A stretch of 59,571 bases of DNA, filler included. It is 4 parts of 4 records of this genome, joined end to end, with 100 filler letters (N's around TTAATTAATTAA, not from the genome) between each part and the next. Parts side by side here need not be neighbours in the genome. Positions count along the whole stretch, not along the records: positions 49,389 to 59,571 come from SRR31156797_1914; 3 more parts are not named here. One strand, written 5' to 3'. Positions 59,530-59,571 of the stretch are shown here, one piece after another (position 1 is the first letter of the stretch; each line of letters starts with the position of its first letter). Under the pieces are notes generated by a model. It did not search any database. It had not been told where the DNA came from and saw only the letters and a list, made by a program, of their open reading frames with translations. Both the position numbers and the translations under genes were made by a program.

Positions 59530-59571
59530 AAAAAAAATACATAGAATATTTTTTAGAACAAAGTCAAATTA

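Noticed and set aside
1..59571. CRISPR arrays, tRNA/rRNA genes, phage genes, defence systems
   Set aside because: No repeat-spacer arrays, cloverleafs or diagnostic protein motifs were seen by eye. An Infernal/tRNAscan/DefenseFinder run would be needed to exclude them.

Overview
This window is not one locus. It holds four unrelated contigs joined by 100-nt N/TTAATTAATTAA/N linkers (gaps 21567-21666, 35657-35756, 49289-49388), so no context can be inferred across the joins. Contig 1 (1-21566, Desulfobacterota-like by inference) has a partial membrane-anchored coiled-coil gene missed by the ORF track, glgB, a complete nuoA-N complex I operon (fused NuoCD, short NuoG, extended NuoH) followed by a CBS gene, then meaB and a partial methylmalonyl-CoA mutase. 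Contig 2 (21667-35656, Bacteroidota-like) is a pectin/rhamnogalacturonan enzyme cluster: two DUF1593 genes, GH105, an esterase, PL1, a DHDPS-family aldolase, a hidden collapsed pseudogene, GH28, a GH143-like gene, PL10 and a partial GH115. Contig 3 (35757-49288, AT-rich) has a sugar-binding protein and LacI with three visible operators, a Cof HAD, a decayed island (HlyB-type T1SS remnants, an orphan gene tail, a DUF3592-like gene, an array of exported ankyrin proteins, an IS3 element) and two Cache-HAMP-GGDEF cyclases. Contig 4 (49389-59571, AT-rich diderm) has a carbohydrate porin and a three-component SBP/YesM/YesN-type sensor, divergent from a UroD/MtaA-like gene and sugar ABC genes. The best candidates for undescribed biology are the UroD-like sugar-utilisation locus, the GH143 + aldolase + DUF1593 module, and the T1SS-remnant/ankyrin island. 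All family calls come from motif recognition by eye; no database search was run.
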